Notes: a model not told the origin generated them from the sequence alone. A DNA stretch of 64,000 bases from an uncultured Actinomycetota bacterium (GCA_963739025.1 CAVTYS010000007.1:92467-156466); one strand, 5' to 3'. Positions 51,792-63,062 are shown, numbered from the stretch's first letter. Translations and numbers: made by a program.

Positions 51792-52768
51792 TGCGCCGCA
51801 ACTCCGCTAGCCGCTGTCACGATGGTGTCGAGAAGCTCGCGTCTGTGCGGCTCCTGCAGGACCTCACCGATCCAGGCCGCAGCGTCTGTGCGCTCAGGCG
51901 AGCGGGGATTGGGCGTCAGCCAGTCGGTGGCGGCGGCCTCGGCGATGTGCCCGAGCTGGGCGATCAGCATGGAGAAGTGCCCGCGCCTGGTCACCGCCGC
52001 CGGCCCGCCAGCGTCACGGTAGGCCGCGGCCAGCGCTCGGACCCGGCCAACGTCGCTACGGGCGAACTCGAACAGCACGCAGCCGAACTCCTGGCTGGGG
52101 TCGGCCGGACCGCTGTTCTCCCAGTCGATGACGCACACTCCGCCGTTCGCGGTCGGCAGGACGTTGTCGGCCCACAGATCGCGGTGACAGGTCTGAACCG
52201 TCTCAGGAGGTTCGATCCAGGACTCCAGTGCGACCAGTTCGTCTCGCAGATCGGCTAGCCCGCGAGCGAACGGCGCTCCCGCCGCAGAAAGCTGCTCGAC
52301 CAGGTCGTCCCACCGATCGGCACCGACTGGCTCGTGGTACCACGGGTCCAAAGGACTGGGATCAGCGACTGACACGCGATGAATGGCCGCGACGGTGGCG
52401 CCAACCAGCGCGGGGTCGAGCCTGGAGTCGGGGGCACGCAGGCCGACCCATTCATACAGCCTGACCTGGTTGCCTCCGACGGTCGCGAACACGCGTCCCT
52501 CAGTGGTGCGCCGTATCTGAGGCGTCGGGACCCCGGCGGCGTGGGCCGCCTCGTGGAAGGCGGCAGCCGGGCCCACTTCGTCCTCGCTGGACTGGAAGAA
52601 CGGCACTTTCACCGCCCAGCTGCCGTCGGCGGTGTCCAGGCGCCACACATGTCCCTGTTTTCCTCGCGCGACCGGCGCGTCCGACAGTGCCGCCCGCGTG
52701 CCGAGACCGAACCGCGCGGCGAGGTCTGCAGCATTCACTGGGCAAGCCCACCACACGCGCGCACCCAC
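51788..52768 (-). CDS. Aminoglycoside/choline-kinase-type phosphotransferase (APH family)
   Basis: Catalytic loop HRDLWADNVL and VIDWE. The start is uncertain (52768 ATG or 52738 GTG). Confidence 0.8.
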   Translation of the reverse strand: MGARVWWACPVNAADLAARFGLGTRAALSDAPVARGKQGHVWRLDTADGSWAVKVPFFQSSEDEVGPAAAFHEAAHAAGVPTPQIRRTTEGRVFATVGGNQVRLYEWVGLRAPDSRLDPALVGATVAAIHRVSVADPSPLDPWYHEPVGADRWDDLVEQLSAAGAPFARGLADLRDELVALESWIEPPETVQTCHRDLWADNVLPTANGGVCVIDWENSGPADPSQEFGCVLFEFARSDVGRVRALAAAYRDAGGPAAVTRRGHFSMLIAQLGHIAEAAATDWLTPNPRSPERTDAAAWIGEVLQEPHRRELLDTIVTAASGVAAH

Positions 52769-52797
52769 ATGCCAGCGCGCAGCGACATGATAGGCGC

Positions 52798-53259
52798 ATG
52801 GGCAAGCTCAGTTTCAAGACGCGGTTGCAGCCTCGAGGGCCGGCCGCCGCGGTGGTGCTCGCAGACAGTCAGGTGGAGGTGCTCGGCGAGGGAGCCAAGC
52901 GGTTCGGTGTCGTCGCGACCGTTAACGGCTATACCTGGCGGACGAGCGTGGCCAGGATGGGCGGCGAATTCCTGGTCGGGCTCAGCCGTGAGGTGCGTGA
53001 AGGCGCGGGAGTCCAGGCGGGCGACGAGGTGGACGTGAGCCTCGAGCTCGACACGAAGCCGCGCGAGGTGGAGATTCCTGAGGCCCTGGCGACCGCGCTG
53101 GCGTCCGATGAGGAGGCGAAGGCTGTCTTTGACCGCCTGGCCTTCACCCATCGGAAGGAATACGCCCGCTGGATCGCCGAGGCGAAGCGGGAAGAGACCA
53201 GGCAGAACCGCATCCAGAGGGCGCTCGACATGATCAAGGAGGGTCGCACCAGGACGTGA
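52798..53259 (+). CDS. DUF1905 + YdeI/OmpD-associated family protein
   Basis: FGVVATVNGYTWRTSVARMGGEFLVGL and a C-terminal FTHRKEYARWIAEAKREETRQNRI. Confidence 0.75.
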   Translation: MGKLSFKTRLQPRGPAAAVVLADSQVEVLGEGAKRFGVVATVNGYTWRTSVARMGGEFLVGLSREVREGAGVQAGDEVDVSLELDTKPREVEIPEALATALASDEEAKAVFDRLAFTHRKEYARWIAEAKREETRQNRIQRALDMIKEGRTRT

Positions 53260-53419
53260 CCTCCGGCGCTGCCGATACGGGGACGCGCCAGCGCCAGCGG
53301 AACGTGTGCGCTCCAGGCGGCAGCAGCCGAAGGGCATGAACGAGGATCGGCTACATGCCGACGGGGCCGCCGCGGCCATTGCCCTGCCCTGTTGACTTTG
53401 GGCACTTACGGAGTGGCGG

Positions 53420-56260
53420 TTGGTCGTGTTAGCTGACCGCATGGCAGGGGAACCAGCGCCGAGCGTTTCGCTACTGCCCGGTGAGCCGGGCACCTCCGCG
53501 CGCGCACTCGACCCGACCGAGCCCACCGGGCGCTTGCTTCGTGACCTGCGTACCGACGGAGGCGGGCTGTCGAGCCGGGAAGCTGCTCGCCGGATGGAGG
53601 TCACCGGGCCCAACGAGTTGCCGCACCGGCCTGCTGAGCCGTGGTGGCGCGAGCTGGTCCGGCAGGTGAGCCACCCGCTGGCGCTGCTGCTGTGGGCGGC
53701 CGGGGCGCTGGCCTTCGTCGCAGGGACGCCCGCTTTGGGCTGGGCGATCTTGGCCGTGATCGCGTTGAATGCGGTGTTTGCCTTCGCTCAAGAACGCCAG
53801 GCGGTCCGAGCTGTCGAGGCACTGCGGGCCTACCTCCCTGAGCAGGCAAGGGTGATGCGTGACGGCCGCGAGCAGGTCGTGCCGGCGCGTGAGCTTGTCC
53901 TTGGTGACGTGCTGCTGGTCGAGGAGGGTGAGCGGGTCTCGGCCGATGTCCGGCTGCTCGACGGCGTCGTCGACGTGGACATGTCCACGCTGACCGGTGA
54001 GTCACTGCCGGTCAGCCGGTACGCGTCCGCGTACGACACGAATGTGTCGCTGCTGCAGGCCCGCGAGCTGCTCTTCACCGGAACCACGTGTGTCGCAGGG
54101 GCCGGGACGGGGGTGGTATATGCCACCGGTGCGCTCACCGAGCTGGGTCGCATCGCAGCGCTGAGCCAGCGGGTACGCCGCGAGGAGAGCCCGCTGGAGC
54201 GCCAGGTCCGCCGCGTAGCCTGGCTGATCTCTATAGTCGCCGTCGGCGTCGGCCTGGTGTTCCTCCCGCTCGGCTTGCTGGCTGGACTGACCTTCGGCAA
54301 GGCCGCCATCTTCGCCGTCGGGCTGCTGGTCGCGAACGTTCCCGAGGGGCTGCTGCCGACGATCACGCTCGCGCTCGCGGTTGGGGTCCGGTCGCTGGCT
54401 CGGCGAGGCGCGGTCGTCAAGCGGCTGAGCGCGGTCGAGACACTCGGCTCGACGACGGTGATCTGCACCGACAAGACCGGCACGCTTACCCAGAATCAGA
54501 TGGCGGTGACCCGGCTGTGGACAGCCGATGTTGCCTGCGACCTTGATCCCGATGTGCACGGCGCTGCCATGAAGCCGCTCGGGCCGACACTAGCCGCACT
54601 CGTCGATGCGATGGCAATCTGTACCACCGCGAGGTCCGATGTGAAGGGCCTAGGGCGCGGCGATGCGACCGAACTGGCGTTGCTCGAGGCGGCCGACCGA
54701 CTCGGCCGGCCGCTCGATGTTGCGTCTCGCGACCTGCGCCGGTCGGGCATGTTCCGCTTCGACGCCGTAGTCAAGCGGATGACCGTGCTCGAGCCCGGCC
54801 CTGACGGGTTGCGAGCCTATGTCAAGGGTGCCCCGGAGGAGGTCATCCCGCGGTGCACCCGGTTGCTCGTTGGCCGCCGCGAGGACCTCCTCGACGCTGG
54901 CCACTCTGGGCGGGTCGCGGCGATGGTCGATGAGTACGCCGGTCAGGGACTGCGGGTGCTGGCGGTCGCACGGCGGGACCTGACGCGCGCGGACGGCGCC
55001 GAGGCCCGCGACCGCGACGCGGTCGAGCGCGACCTGACGTTCGTTGGCATGGTGGCCATGTTCGACCCGCCGCGACCGGAGGTGGCCGGTGCCGTCGATC
55101 TGTGCCACCAGGCCGGAATACGGGTGCACGTGGTGTCCGGCGACCACGCCCTCACCGCAGCCCAAGTCGCGAAACAGGTCGGGATCGGTGGCGACGGGCA
55201 GCGCATCGTAACCGGCACCGATCTCGCCGGCATGTCCGAAGCCGAACTCGACCGGCTGCTAGCCGGCGCGGGCGAGGTGGTGTTCGCCCGTACATCGCCA
55301 GAGGCGAAGCTGCGGATCGCCGATGCGCTGCGGGCGAACGGCGAGATCGTGGCGATGACCGGCGACGGCGTGAACGACGCGCCTGCGCTGCGGCGGGCGG
55401 ACATCGGCGTCGCGATGGGACGAAGTGGTACGGACGTCGCGCGCGAGGCGGCGACGATGGTCCTCGTCGACGACAACTTCGCCACGATCACGGCGGCGAT
55501 CGAAGCCGGCCGCCGGGTTTACGACAACGTCCGGAAGTTCATCGTCTACATATTCGCCCACGCCATCCCGGAGATCGTGCCATTCCTCGTCTTCGCACTG
55601 TCGGGCGGCGCCATCCCGCTGCCGCTCACTGTGCTGCAAATCCTCGCGATCGACCTCGGCACGGAGACGCTGCCGGCGCTCGCTCTGGGTCGCGAGCCGG
55701 CTGAGCCCGGGCTGATGCAGCAGGCGCCACGCCGTCGTACCCAGGGGGTCATCAACCGGGACATGCTCGTACGCGCGTGGGGCTGGATGGGCCTCACCTC
55801 GGCGATTCTCGTGATGGCCGGGTTCTTCGCCGTCCTGTGGCGGGCAGGCTGGGTGCCCGGTGATCCCACTGGCCCTGGCACCCAGTTGAACCACGCTTAC
55901 CGCGAGGCCACGACTATGACATTCGTCGGGATCGTCGCATGCCAGGTTGGCACCGCGTTCGCGTCACGGACAGAGTCCGCCTCACTGCGAGCCGTCGGCG
56001 TGCTGAGCAATCCATTGCTGCTGGGCGGCATCGCGTTCGAGCTAGCGTTCGCCGCCGCCCTGGTCTACCTTCCGCCATTGCAGCAGCTCTTCGGGACAAC
56101 GGCGCTACCACCTAGCGCATTTGCGATCATCGCGCCCTTCCCGTTCATCGTGTGGGGAGTGGACGAACTGCGTCGGCTCCGGCGGCGGCGCCACCTGCCG
56201 CGCACAGCCCAGCCTCGGCGCGGCCGGGCGGCAGAGCCCCAGGCGGCGCTCGACGGCTGA
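53420..56260 (+). CDS. Cation-transporting P-type ATPase (P2-type, CtpF/SERCA-like)
   Basis: TGES, DKTGTLT and TGDGVNDAP, about 10 TM segments. The start is uncertain (53420/53426/53441). Confidence 0.9.
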   Translation: MVVLADRMAGEPAPSVSLLPGEPGTSARALDPTEPTGRLLRDLRTDGGGLSSREAARRMEVTGPNELPHRPAEPWWRELVRQVSHPLALLLWAAGALAFVAGTPALGWAILAVIALNAVFAFAQERQAVRAVEALRAYLPEQARVMRDGREQVVPARELVLGDVLLVEEGERVSADVRLLDGVVDVDMSTLTGESLPVSRYASAYDTNVSLLQARELLFTGTTCVAGAGTGVVYATGALTELGRIAALSQRVRREESPLERQVRRVAWLISIVAVGVGLVFLPLGLLAGLTFGKAAIFAVGLLVANVPEGLLPTITLALAVGVRSLARRGAVVKRLSAVETLGSTTVICTDKTGTLTQNQMAVTRLWTADVACDLDPDVHGAAMKPLGPTLAALVDAMAICTTARSDVKGLGRGDATELALLEAADRLGRPLDVASRDLRRSGMFRFDAVVKRMTVLEPGPDGLRAYVKGAPEEVIPRCTRLLVGRREDLLDAGHSGRVAAMVDEYAGQGLRVLAVARRDLTRADGAEARDRDAVERDLTFVGMVAMFDPPRPEVAGAVDLCHQAGIRVHVVSGDHALTAAQVAKQVGIGGDGQRIVTGTDLAGMSEAELDRLLAGAGEVVFARTSPEAKLRIADALRANGEIVAMTGDGVNDAPALRRADIGVAMGRSGTDVAREAATMVLVDDNFATITAAIEAGRRVYDNVRKFIVYIFAHAIPEIVPFLVFALSGGAIPLPLTVLQILAIDLGTETLPALALGREPAEPGLMQQAPRRRTQGVINRDMLVRAWGWMGLTSAILVMAGFFAVLWRAGWVPGDPTGPGTQLNHAYREATTMTFVGIVACQVGTAFASRTESASLRAVGVLSNPLLLGGIAFELAFAAALVYLPPLQQLFGTTALPPSAFAIIAPFPFIVWGVDELRRLRRRRHLPRTAQPRRGRAAEPQAALDG

Positions 56261-56290
56261 GGGTCCTGCCTGTTTGCCAGCGAAGCGCCG

Positions 56291-56321
56291 CAGTGGCATC
56301 GGCCGCTAGCCGATGCCGCTG
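56291..56321 (+). terminator. Hairpin after the P-type ATPase
   Basis: GGCATCGGC / GCCGATGCC with loop CGCTA, extended by CAGT/GCTG. Lies 31 nt after the stop. Confidence 0.6.
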
Positions 56322-56441
56322 TTCAGCCTTTGTGCCGCATTTCACCAGCCGGGGGCCGAGATCGACCGGCGGGAACTGCCCGCCTGGATCGCCTGATGGC
56401 AGGCGCCAGGATGCCTGGCCGCGGGCGCTTGGCCGACCAAA

Positions 56442-57704
56442 TCAGTTGGCCATAGCTAGCGTAGCTATGTAGATCGGCCCGCCCGACCATGCGCCGACGG
56501 CAGTACACCGGGCCGGGGCGCACGACATGCCGTTGAGAGCGCCCGAGGCGAAACCTGCCGGCCGGGGCGCGGTCACCAGCCGCCAGCGGCGGCCGTTCCA
56601 GGCCTCGAGGAAATAGGCCGAATGGCCGCCGGGGGCGTACTCTCCGCTGGCGGCGCAGGCCGTGGCTGAGGCGCATGATACGGCGTTCAGCTCGACTTCC
56701 TGATGGCTCGTACCGGAGTTCGCCGGGTAGGGGGTGCGCTGCACGCGCCACCGCGTGCCGTTCCACCTCTCCGCCAGCGTGGGGCCGGTGTTGCTGAAGT
56801 TGGCACCGGTCGCCGTGCATGCTCTCGGTGAGGTGCAGGACACCGAGGCCAGGATCCCGCCGGGGGATCCGTGCGGGAGCGGCACCGCTTGACTGCGCCA
56901 CTTCGTGCCGTTCCACGCCTCGGCAACGGGCCGGGTGCCTGCTGTGCCGGTGTGGTAGCCGACGGCGGTGCACGAGCGCGCAGTGGAGCACGAAACTCCG
57001 AAGAACTCGGTGCTGACGGGCTTGGGTACGGCCTGAATGCGCCAGGTCCTGCCGTTCCACCGTTCGGCCACGGGCAGTTGGTGCCCGGCGGCGGTGCCGT
57101 AATTGCCGACCGCAGTGCAGGCGCTCCGCGACGTGCAGGAAACCCCGTGCAGCGAGCCGCCAGTCGAGCCCTTGGGATTCGGAATGGCCTGGACTCGCCA
57201 CCTCTTGCCGTTCCAGGCCTCGGCCAGATTCACCGTCAGCCTCGTTGCCTTGAAGAAAGCGCTGCCAACGGCTGTACAGGCGGTCGCTGACACGCAGGAC
57301 ACGCCGAACAAAGTACCGCTCGAGGCTCCTCGGGGAAGGACGGCGTGCTGGATCCGCCAGCGCGTGCCGTTCCACCTCTCCGCCAAGGTGAACGATGGGC
57401 TGGACAGGCTGGCCGCGTGCGAGCCGACCGCGGTGCAGGCCCGCCGGGAAGTGCACGAGACGGCCGAAAGCTCATTGATGCCCGCGCTGGTTCTGTTCTG
57501 ATTCGGCGTCCGCTCGACCTTCCACGCGCTGCCCGCAGCCGGGCCTGTCTGGCTAGCCTGCACCGCACCAGCCGTGACGATCCACGTACAACCGAGCAAC
57601 AAAGTAAGAACGCCAAGCAGTCGGGCGGCATGCGGCCAGTGCGCCCCAACCGGCAACCCGTTGCCGTTCCGTCTGACCTGACTCTTCCGGTCCGACTCAG
57701 CCAT
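56442..57704 (-). CDS. Secreted repeat protein: ~7 tandem ~48-aa units (VSCxSxxxCTAVG ... ExWNGxxW), propeller-like
   Basis: GGAGGG RBS and signal peptide LLGVLTLLLGCTWIVTAGAVQA. Six full ExWNGxxWR motifs plus a degenerate first one, with two Cys per unit. Confidence 0.8.
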   Translation of the reverse strand: MAESDRKSQVRRNGNGLPVGAHWPHAARLLGVLTLLLGCTWIVTAGAVQASQTGPAAGSAWKVERTPNQNRTSAGINELSAVSCTSRRACTAVGSHAASLSSPSFTLAERWNGTRWRIQHAVLPRGASSGTLFGVSCVSATACTAVGSAFFKATRLTVNLAEAWNGKRWRVQAIPNPKGSTGGSLHGVSCTSRSACTAVGNYGTAAGHQLPVAERWNGRTWRIQAVPKPVSTEFFGVSCSTARSCTAVGYHTGTAGTRPVAEAWNGTKWRSQAVPLPHGSPGGILASVSCTSPRACTATGANFSNTGPTLAERWNGTRWRVQRTPYPANSGTSHQEVELNAVSCASATACAASGEYAPGGHSAYFLEAWNGRRWRLVTAPRPAGFASGALNGMSCAPARCTAVGAWSGGPIYIATLAMAN

Positions 57705-57916
57705 TCCTCGACCCTCCGCTCAGCCCTGGCAGCGGTCGGCGGCTGTGCTGACTAGCGAGCCCGGGCCGCGCTGGCCAGCAAGGCCGGACCCCGCTGCGGT
57801 GGTCATTATGCACGCCAGAGCGGCTTCGCGCCATGGCACAAAGTCCCTCTTCTGCCGTTCTGCGCGCGACGAACCCGCAGTACCTCTTGGCCGATCGTCT
57901 GCATAGAGTGACCGGC

Positions 57917-58348
57917 ATGCCGAGGCTGCGGCTGGAGCCGGTGACCCGCGCGAACGTAAGGGCGGCCTGCCAGTTGACGGTACGGCCTGACCAGGAGGGT
58001 CTCGTTGCCCCTGTCGCCTGGTCAATCGCCTCCGCCTATACGGTTCCCGACATCGCATGGCCTCGGCTGATCTACGACGGCGACCAGTTGGTCGGCTTCA
58101 TCATGGCCGCCTTCGACCCACAGAACCCGGACCCGCATTGCCGCGCTTATCTGTGGCGACTGAACATCGGTGGCGACCGCCAAGGCCGCGGTTACGGCCA
58201 GTTCGCGGTCGACGCGCTCTGCCAAGAGGCGCTCCGGCGCGGGCAAGACAAGCTGACCGTCTCCTACCATCCTGGCGGTCAAAGGGCGCTCGGCAACCGC
58301 TTCGTCCTCGATGAATTCGCCCGTAGCCCGAAGCCCGGGCGCCGGTAA
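57917..58348 (+). CDS. GNAT-family N-acetyltransferase (C-terminus atypical, possibly truncated)
   Basis: Acetyl-CoA motif RQGRGYG. The sequence after LTVSYHPGG loses family resemblance. Confidence 0.6.
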   Translation: MPRLRLEPVTRANVRAACQLTVRPDQEGLVAPVAWSIASAYTVPDIAWPRLIYDGDQLVGFIMAAFDPQNPDPHCRAYLWRLNIGGDRQGRGYGQFAVDALCQEALRRGQDKLTVSYHPGGQRALGNRFVLDEFARSPKPGRR

Positions 58349-58671
58349 GAACCTTCCGGACCGTTTTCGCCTGCGCCGGACGCGACGCGCAGCCAGCAGT
58401 GGCACAGGCTCGGGCCGGGAGGTTGAGACAGTGGCGGCACCTCGCTCGTGGTGGCTGACGTTGGCGTCATGGCGGCGTGACCTGCGTCGCGGGACCGTCC
58501 TTTTCGGCGCCGGCCTCGTCGGTGTAGTGGTAGCGGTGCCAACGCCGCCAGGCTGCGCTGATCTACTGCAATGTGCCTGGCTGGGGTGCCGCGCGGCCGG
58601 CGACCGCGGCCCGATCGACGCTGCCAGGCTAAGGGGAATGCTCGCTGGCCAGGGCTGATCGTGGCAGCGGC

Positions 58672-59850
58672 GTGGGCGGTGGCTTGATCCTCTTGGTCAA
58701 GGGTGGCACGATCGCCGAGGTGAGCACGGCGTTGCGGGACCTGTTGATTCGTCATGTTGACGCCGGCACGATTCCTGGCGGGGTCGCGCTGCTGGGTGCC
58801 GGGGACGTCGAGGTGGTCACCGCGGGCGTGGCGTCGGTCGGTGGTGGTCCTGTGGGCGAGGACGCGATCATGCGGATCCAGTCCATGACCAAGGCGATTA
58901 CATCGGTCGCCGCGCTGCGTCTTGTGGAGGCGGGGCGTCTCGAGCTCGACCAGAGCCTGGCGGACTGGCTGCCGGAGCTGGCTGACCGTCAGGTGCTGCG
59001 CGGTCCGACGGCTGAGCTCGACGACACAGTGCCGGCTCGCCGCGCCATCACGCTTCGCCACCTGATGACCAATACCTGCGGGTACGGCATGGTGATCCAG
59101 GCTTCGCCGCTGCAGCAGGCGATGGCAGCGAACGGCACGGAGGCTGGCCCGGTGCCGTCGGCGATGGGCGCTGATGAGTGGCTGGGTCGCCTGACGGAAC
59201 TTCCGCTGGCGTTCCAGCCGGGCGACGGATGGCGCTATCACCATTCGTTTGCCGTGCTCGGCATCCTCATCTCGCGGGTGACGGGCCGCCCGCTCGGTGA
59301 GCATCTGGCCGAGGACGTTTTCGGGCCGCTCGGGATGACCGACACCGCGCTGTGGGTGCCAGAAGGCAAGCTGGACCGGCTGCCGGCGGCTTACCGGCAC
59401 GGTGACGATGGACTCGTGGAGATCGAGCCTGCCGGTGGCGGTTTCTACGCAGGGCCGCCGTCGTTCGACGTCAGCCACGGCGAGCTCGTCTGCACCGCAC
59501 GGGACTATCACCGCTTCACCCGGATGCTTGCCGCAGGTGGGCGAGTCAACGGGCAGCCGATGATCTCACCTGAGCACCTGCAGCAGATGAGCAGCGACCA
59601 GGTGCCGGCGGCGTGCAAGACCGCGGACAGCTTCTTCCCGGGGTTCTGGGACGGCACGGGATGGGGCTTTGGCGTGGCCGTGAAGACCGAGGGACACCAA
59701 CGCGGTCGCATCGGCTGGTCCGGCGGACTGGGTACAGACTTCTTCGCCGACCCGGACGGCACGGTCGGCATCCTCCTCACGCAAGTAGAGCTCGGTGAAG
59801 ACATCTGGCCGCTGATCGAGCAGTTCCAATCGCTGCACAAGCCGTCCTGA
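58672..59850 (+). CDS. Serine hydrolase (beta-lactamase/class C esterase family)
   Basis: SMTK nucleophile motif and a length typical of the family. The start is uncertain (58672 or 58717 GTG). Confidence 0.85.
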   Translation: MGGGLILLVKGGTIAEVSTALRDLLIRHVDAGTIPGGVALLGAGDVEVVTAGVASVGGGPVGEDAIMRIQSMTKAITSVAALRLVEAGRLELDQSLADWLPELADRQVLRGPTAELDDTVPARRAITLRHLMTNTCGYGMVIQASPLQQAMAANGTEAGPVPSAMGADEWLGRLTELPLAFQPGDGWRYHHSFAVLGILISRVTGRPLGEHLAEDVFGPLGMTDTALWVPEGKLDRLPAAYRHGDDGLVEIEPAGGGFYAGPPSFDVSHGELVCTARDYHRFTRMLAAGGRVNGQPMISPEHLQQMSSDQVPAACKTADSFFPGFWDGTGWGFGVAVKTEGHQRGRIGWSGGLGTDFFADPDGTVGILLTQVELGEDIWPLIEQFQSLHKPS

Positions 59851-59917
59851 CCGGCCGACAGTAACCCGATTGCACGCTGCCAGTTCGCGTCGTCTTGCGG
59901 ATCGCATCGGCGCGCGT

Positions 59918-61112
59918 CTACCGCCAGCTGGTGCCATTCCAGCGCAGTGCGACGGGCCTGGGATGGGGGTTGCCGAAGCTGGCGGTCTGCCCCACGGCCC
60001 AGGCGTTGCGGTCGGAGATGGCTTCCAGGCTGTAGACGCTGGTGCCTGCGGCCGGCGCGGGGCAGGGCACGCGTGCCCAGGCCTGGCCGGTCCAGCGCAG
60101 GATCAGCGGCCGGGGGTGGAACAGCTCGCCGGTGCCGGCGATGCCGGCCGCCCAGGCTGTGCCGCCCGGGGCAGTGGCGACGGCGAACAGGTTGCCCCGG
60201 ATTGGGCTAGGGGTGCGGGCCCAGGTGGCGCCGTTCCAGCGCAGGATCAGGGCGTTCTGGTCGGCGCCGAAGCAGCCCGTGCAGCCCGCCGCCCGGCCCG
60301 AGACGGCGACGGCGACGGCGACGGCGTCCAGAATGCCCCGGCTGGCGACCGGAACGGCCAGCCGCGTCCAGGTGTGGCCGGCCCAGTGCAGCATCAGCGG
60401 CTCCAGATGCCCGGCCCGCCGGTACGCGCCGACCGCCCAAGCCGTGCCGCGCGGGCCGGCAGCGACCGCGTACAGGGCGGCGCCGCCAGGCGGGGACGGG
60501 CTCGGCACCCGCTTCCAGCGGACGCCGTTCCAGTGCGCGGTGAGCGTCCGCTCCTGGTGCGGGCACGCGGAGCAGCCGACCGCCCAGGCGCTCCGCGCCG
60601 ACGCCGTGGCCACGCCGAACAAGCGGCTGCCCCGCACAGGGGGCTAGGGCTCGGCACGCGCCGCCAGCGCGTCCCGTTCCAGTGCAAGATCAGGGAGTCA
60701 GGCCTGGGCCCGTGGTCACCCACAGCCCACGCATTGCGGGCAGACGTCACGGCCACGCCGTCGAGTTCGCCGCCTCCTGCCGGGACGGGCATCCGCCGCC
60801 AGGCCCTGCCAGTCCATCGCATGATCAGGCTGGCGGGCGACTGAGATTGCAGGTGCTCGCGCAACCGACCGCCCAGGCCGCGCGCGCCGACACCGCCGCC
60901 ACGGCATTCAGCACGCCCCGGCCAGCGATCAACGCGGCCGGGACAGCAGCCCCGTCCTCGGCCGCGGCCCTGGCTGCCACGGGACTCCACGCAGGGACGG
61001 AAGCAGCCACGGCCATGGCGACGCCCGCCGCCATCCGAACGTGCCAAGGACCAGCAACTAGGAACATCGGGAAACCTTCCGCCACGATGCCCGAGAACGC
61101 AACCGCCCGCAC
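59918..61112 (-). pseudogene. Second WNG/AWAVG repeat (propeller-like) secreted protein, split over three frames
   Basis: Signal-peptide frame runs 61112-60825, the middle frame (SLIMRWTGRAW...LHWNGTRWRRVPSPSP) to about 60640, and the last frame 60637-59918. Seven repeat units in total. Confidence 0.6.
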
Positions 61113-61273
61113 TCCTTGACGGGTGGCTCACCACAGAAACGACCAGATATGCCCATTCTGGAAGGTTATTCAGGTTGGCCACGATCGAATACCGATCGAG
61201 TCCTCTACGTGTCGAGCTGACCGCTGGGTGCCGGGCCTTCCCACGACCCCTGTCCACAGGTCAGGATGAGCGG

Positions 61274-62530
61274 GTGGGCGATGGCAGGGAGCTGGATCTC
61301 ATACTGCTCGGGGCGACCGGCTTTGTCGGACGGCTCACGGCTGGTTATCTCGCTGAGCACGCGCCGGCGGACGTGCGCATTGGCTTGGCGGGGCGGTCCG
61401 AGAAGCGGCTTGCCGCGGTGCGGGACGGTCTCGGCGCCGCCGCGCAGACGTGGCCATTGCTCGCGGCCGATTCGGCGGACCCGGATGGCGCGCAGTCGCT
61501 GGCGCGGATGGCTGGCGTGATCGCGACAACCGTCGGGCCGTACCGCCGGCTCGGACTGCCGCTGGCGCTGGCTTGCGCCGAGGCGGGAACCGACTACGCG
61601 GATCTCACCGGCGAGGTGCTGTTCATCAGGGACACCATGACCAACTGCCAGCAGGCGGCTGCCCGCACCGGGGCTCGCATCGTGCATAGCTGCGGATTCG
61701 ATTCTGTCCCCTCCGATCTCGGTGTCTTGCTGACCCATGACGCGGCCGCATTGGACGGTGCGGGAGACCTCGAGGACACCACCTTGGTGCTGACGGCCAT
61801 GCGCGGCGGAGTCAGCGGCGGCACCCTGGCATCCGCGCTCGGGCAGATCGATGACATGCGGGCCAGCGCCGGCAACCGCCGGATCGTCAACGACCCGTAC
61901 GCCCTGAGCCCGGATCGCGACGCGGAACCCGACCTCGGCGACGAACGTGAACTCACCGGGATCCGCTACGACCCCGGCCTTCACCTGTGGACCGGGCCGT
62001 TCATCATGGCGGGCTTCAATACGCGGATAGTCCGCCGCAGCAATGCTCTGCAGGCATGGGCCTACGGCCGGCGGTTCCGGTACCGCGAGGTCACAGGCTT
62101 TGGCACCGGCCTCGGCGCACCGGTGCGGGCGGTGGTTGTCACGGCGGCGTTCACCGCACTGATGGCCGGCATGGCGCTGCGGCCATCTCGCGCGCTGCTC
62201 CGGCCGGTGCTGCCCAAGCCGGGCGAAGGTCCGGCCGAGAGGGCCCGCCGCGCGGGTTTCTTCCGTCTCCAGGTCCATGCCCGCACCGCAGCCGGCGCCC
62301 GGTACCTGACCAGGGTCGAGGCTCGCGGTGATCCCGGCTATGCGGCCACTGCCGTGATGCTCGGGGAAACCGCGCTCTGCCTCGCGCTCGACCGCGACCG
62401 ACTGCCGGACCGGGCCGGCGTACTCACGCCCGCGACCGCGATGGGCGCGGTGCTCACCGACCGCCTCCGCGCGGCCGGCCACACCTACGAAACCGTCAGG
62501 ATCAGCCCGCCCCAGGGCCCAGCGGCCTGA
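61274..62530 (+). CDS. Saccharopine dehydrogenase-like NAD(P)-binding reductase
   Basis: LILLGATGFVGRL Rossmann motif. The GTG at 61274 is in frame. Confidence 0.8.
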   Translation: MGDGRELDLILLGATGFVGRLTAGYLAEHAPADVRIGLAGRSEKRLAAVRDGLGAAAQTWPLLAADSADPDGAQSLARMAGVIATTVGPYRRLGLPLALACAEAGTDYADLTGEVLFIRDTMTNCQQAAARTGARIVHSCGFDSVPSDLGVLLTHDAAALDGAGDLEDTTLVLTAMRGGVSGGTLASALGQIDDMRASAGNRRIVNDPYALSPDRDAEPDLGDERELTGIRYDPGLHLWTGPFIMAGFNTRIVRRSNALQAWAYGRRFRYREVTGFGTGLGAPVRAVVVTAAFTALMAGMALRPSRALLRPVLPKPGEGPAERARRAGFFRLQVHARTAAGARYLTRVEARGDPGYAATAVMLGETALCLALDRDRLPDRAGVLTPATAMGAVLTDRLRAAGHTYETVRISPPQGPAA

Positions 62531-62710
62531 CCATGAGCGACCAGCCTGGCCTGCCGTCGGCCTGTCGCGGCCCGCAGCGAGAATCCCGAGCCGGAATGGT
62601 CTCACGTGCAAGCCTTGATCGAGCGGGGTGAGAGCAGCATCTAACGCGCGAGCGGGGGCATCCAACTCATGCGGCACGCCAGAATCGCCGAACGCCGAGT
62701 CCGTACTTAG

Positions 62711-62941
62711 TTGCCTACGGCGTGTCGCGGCGGATCGGACTGGGTGGCGGCCTGGCCGACCGGCCGGCACAGTCCGTTCACGCCGGAGGGGGAGATCGAG
62801 CAATTCGGCAAGTTCGCGTCGGGCGCGCGGCAGCAGAGGGGTTGGCGCCGTTTCTCGGGCCGGCTCCTGGCAGTCATCGTCTTGGCGATGATCTTGCTGC
62901 CGCTGATCGCGGCGGTCATGGCCGTGATCTCGCGGCACTGA
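62711..62941 (+). CDS. Possible small membrane protein
   Basis: C-terminal TM segment LLAVIVLAMILLPLIAAVMAVI, followed by a hairpin. Only non-ATG starts are available. Confidence 0.35.
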   Translation: MPTACRGGSDWVAAWPTGRHSPFTPEGEIEQFGKFASGARQQRGWRRFSGRLLAVIVLAMILLPLIAAVMAVISRH

Positions 62942-62965
62942 TGACCGCCCGGCTTCAGCTCTGGC

Positions 62966-62999
62966 CGCCTGATCGCGGAGAGTTATCGGCGCGATCAGG
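62966..62999 (+). terminator. Hairpin (11-bp stem GCCTGATCGCG / CGCGATCAGGC, 12-nt loop)
   Basis: Read directly. Lies 25 nt after the stop at 62941. Confidence 0.5.
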
Positions 63000-63062
63000 C
63001 GAAGGCCGGCTGGCATCCTTGGAGAAAGTTGTTGCACGCTCGATTCCTGACGGAGCCAGGAC

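Noticed and set aside
58279-59511. 410-aa minus-strand ORF
   Set aside because: It is antisense to the SMTK serine hydrolase.
62531-62650. Short frame ending ...ENPEPEWSHVQALIERGESSI*
   Set aside because: It is too short, has no start codon context and no recognisable family. It is possibly another relic, but that is unsupported.
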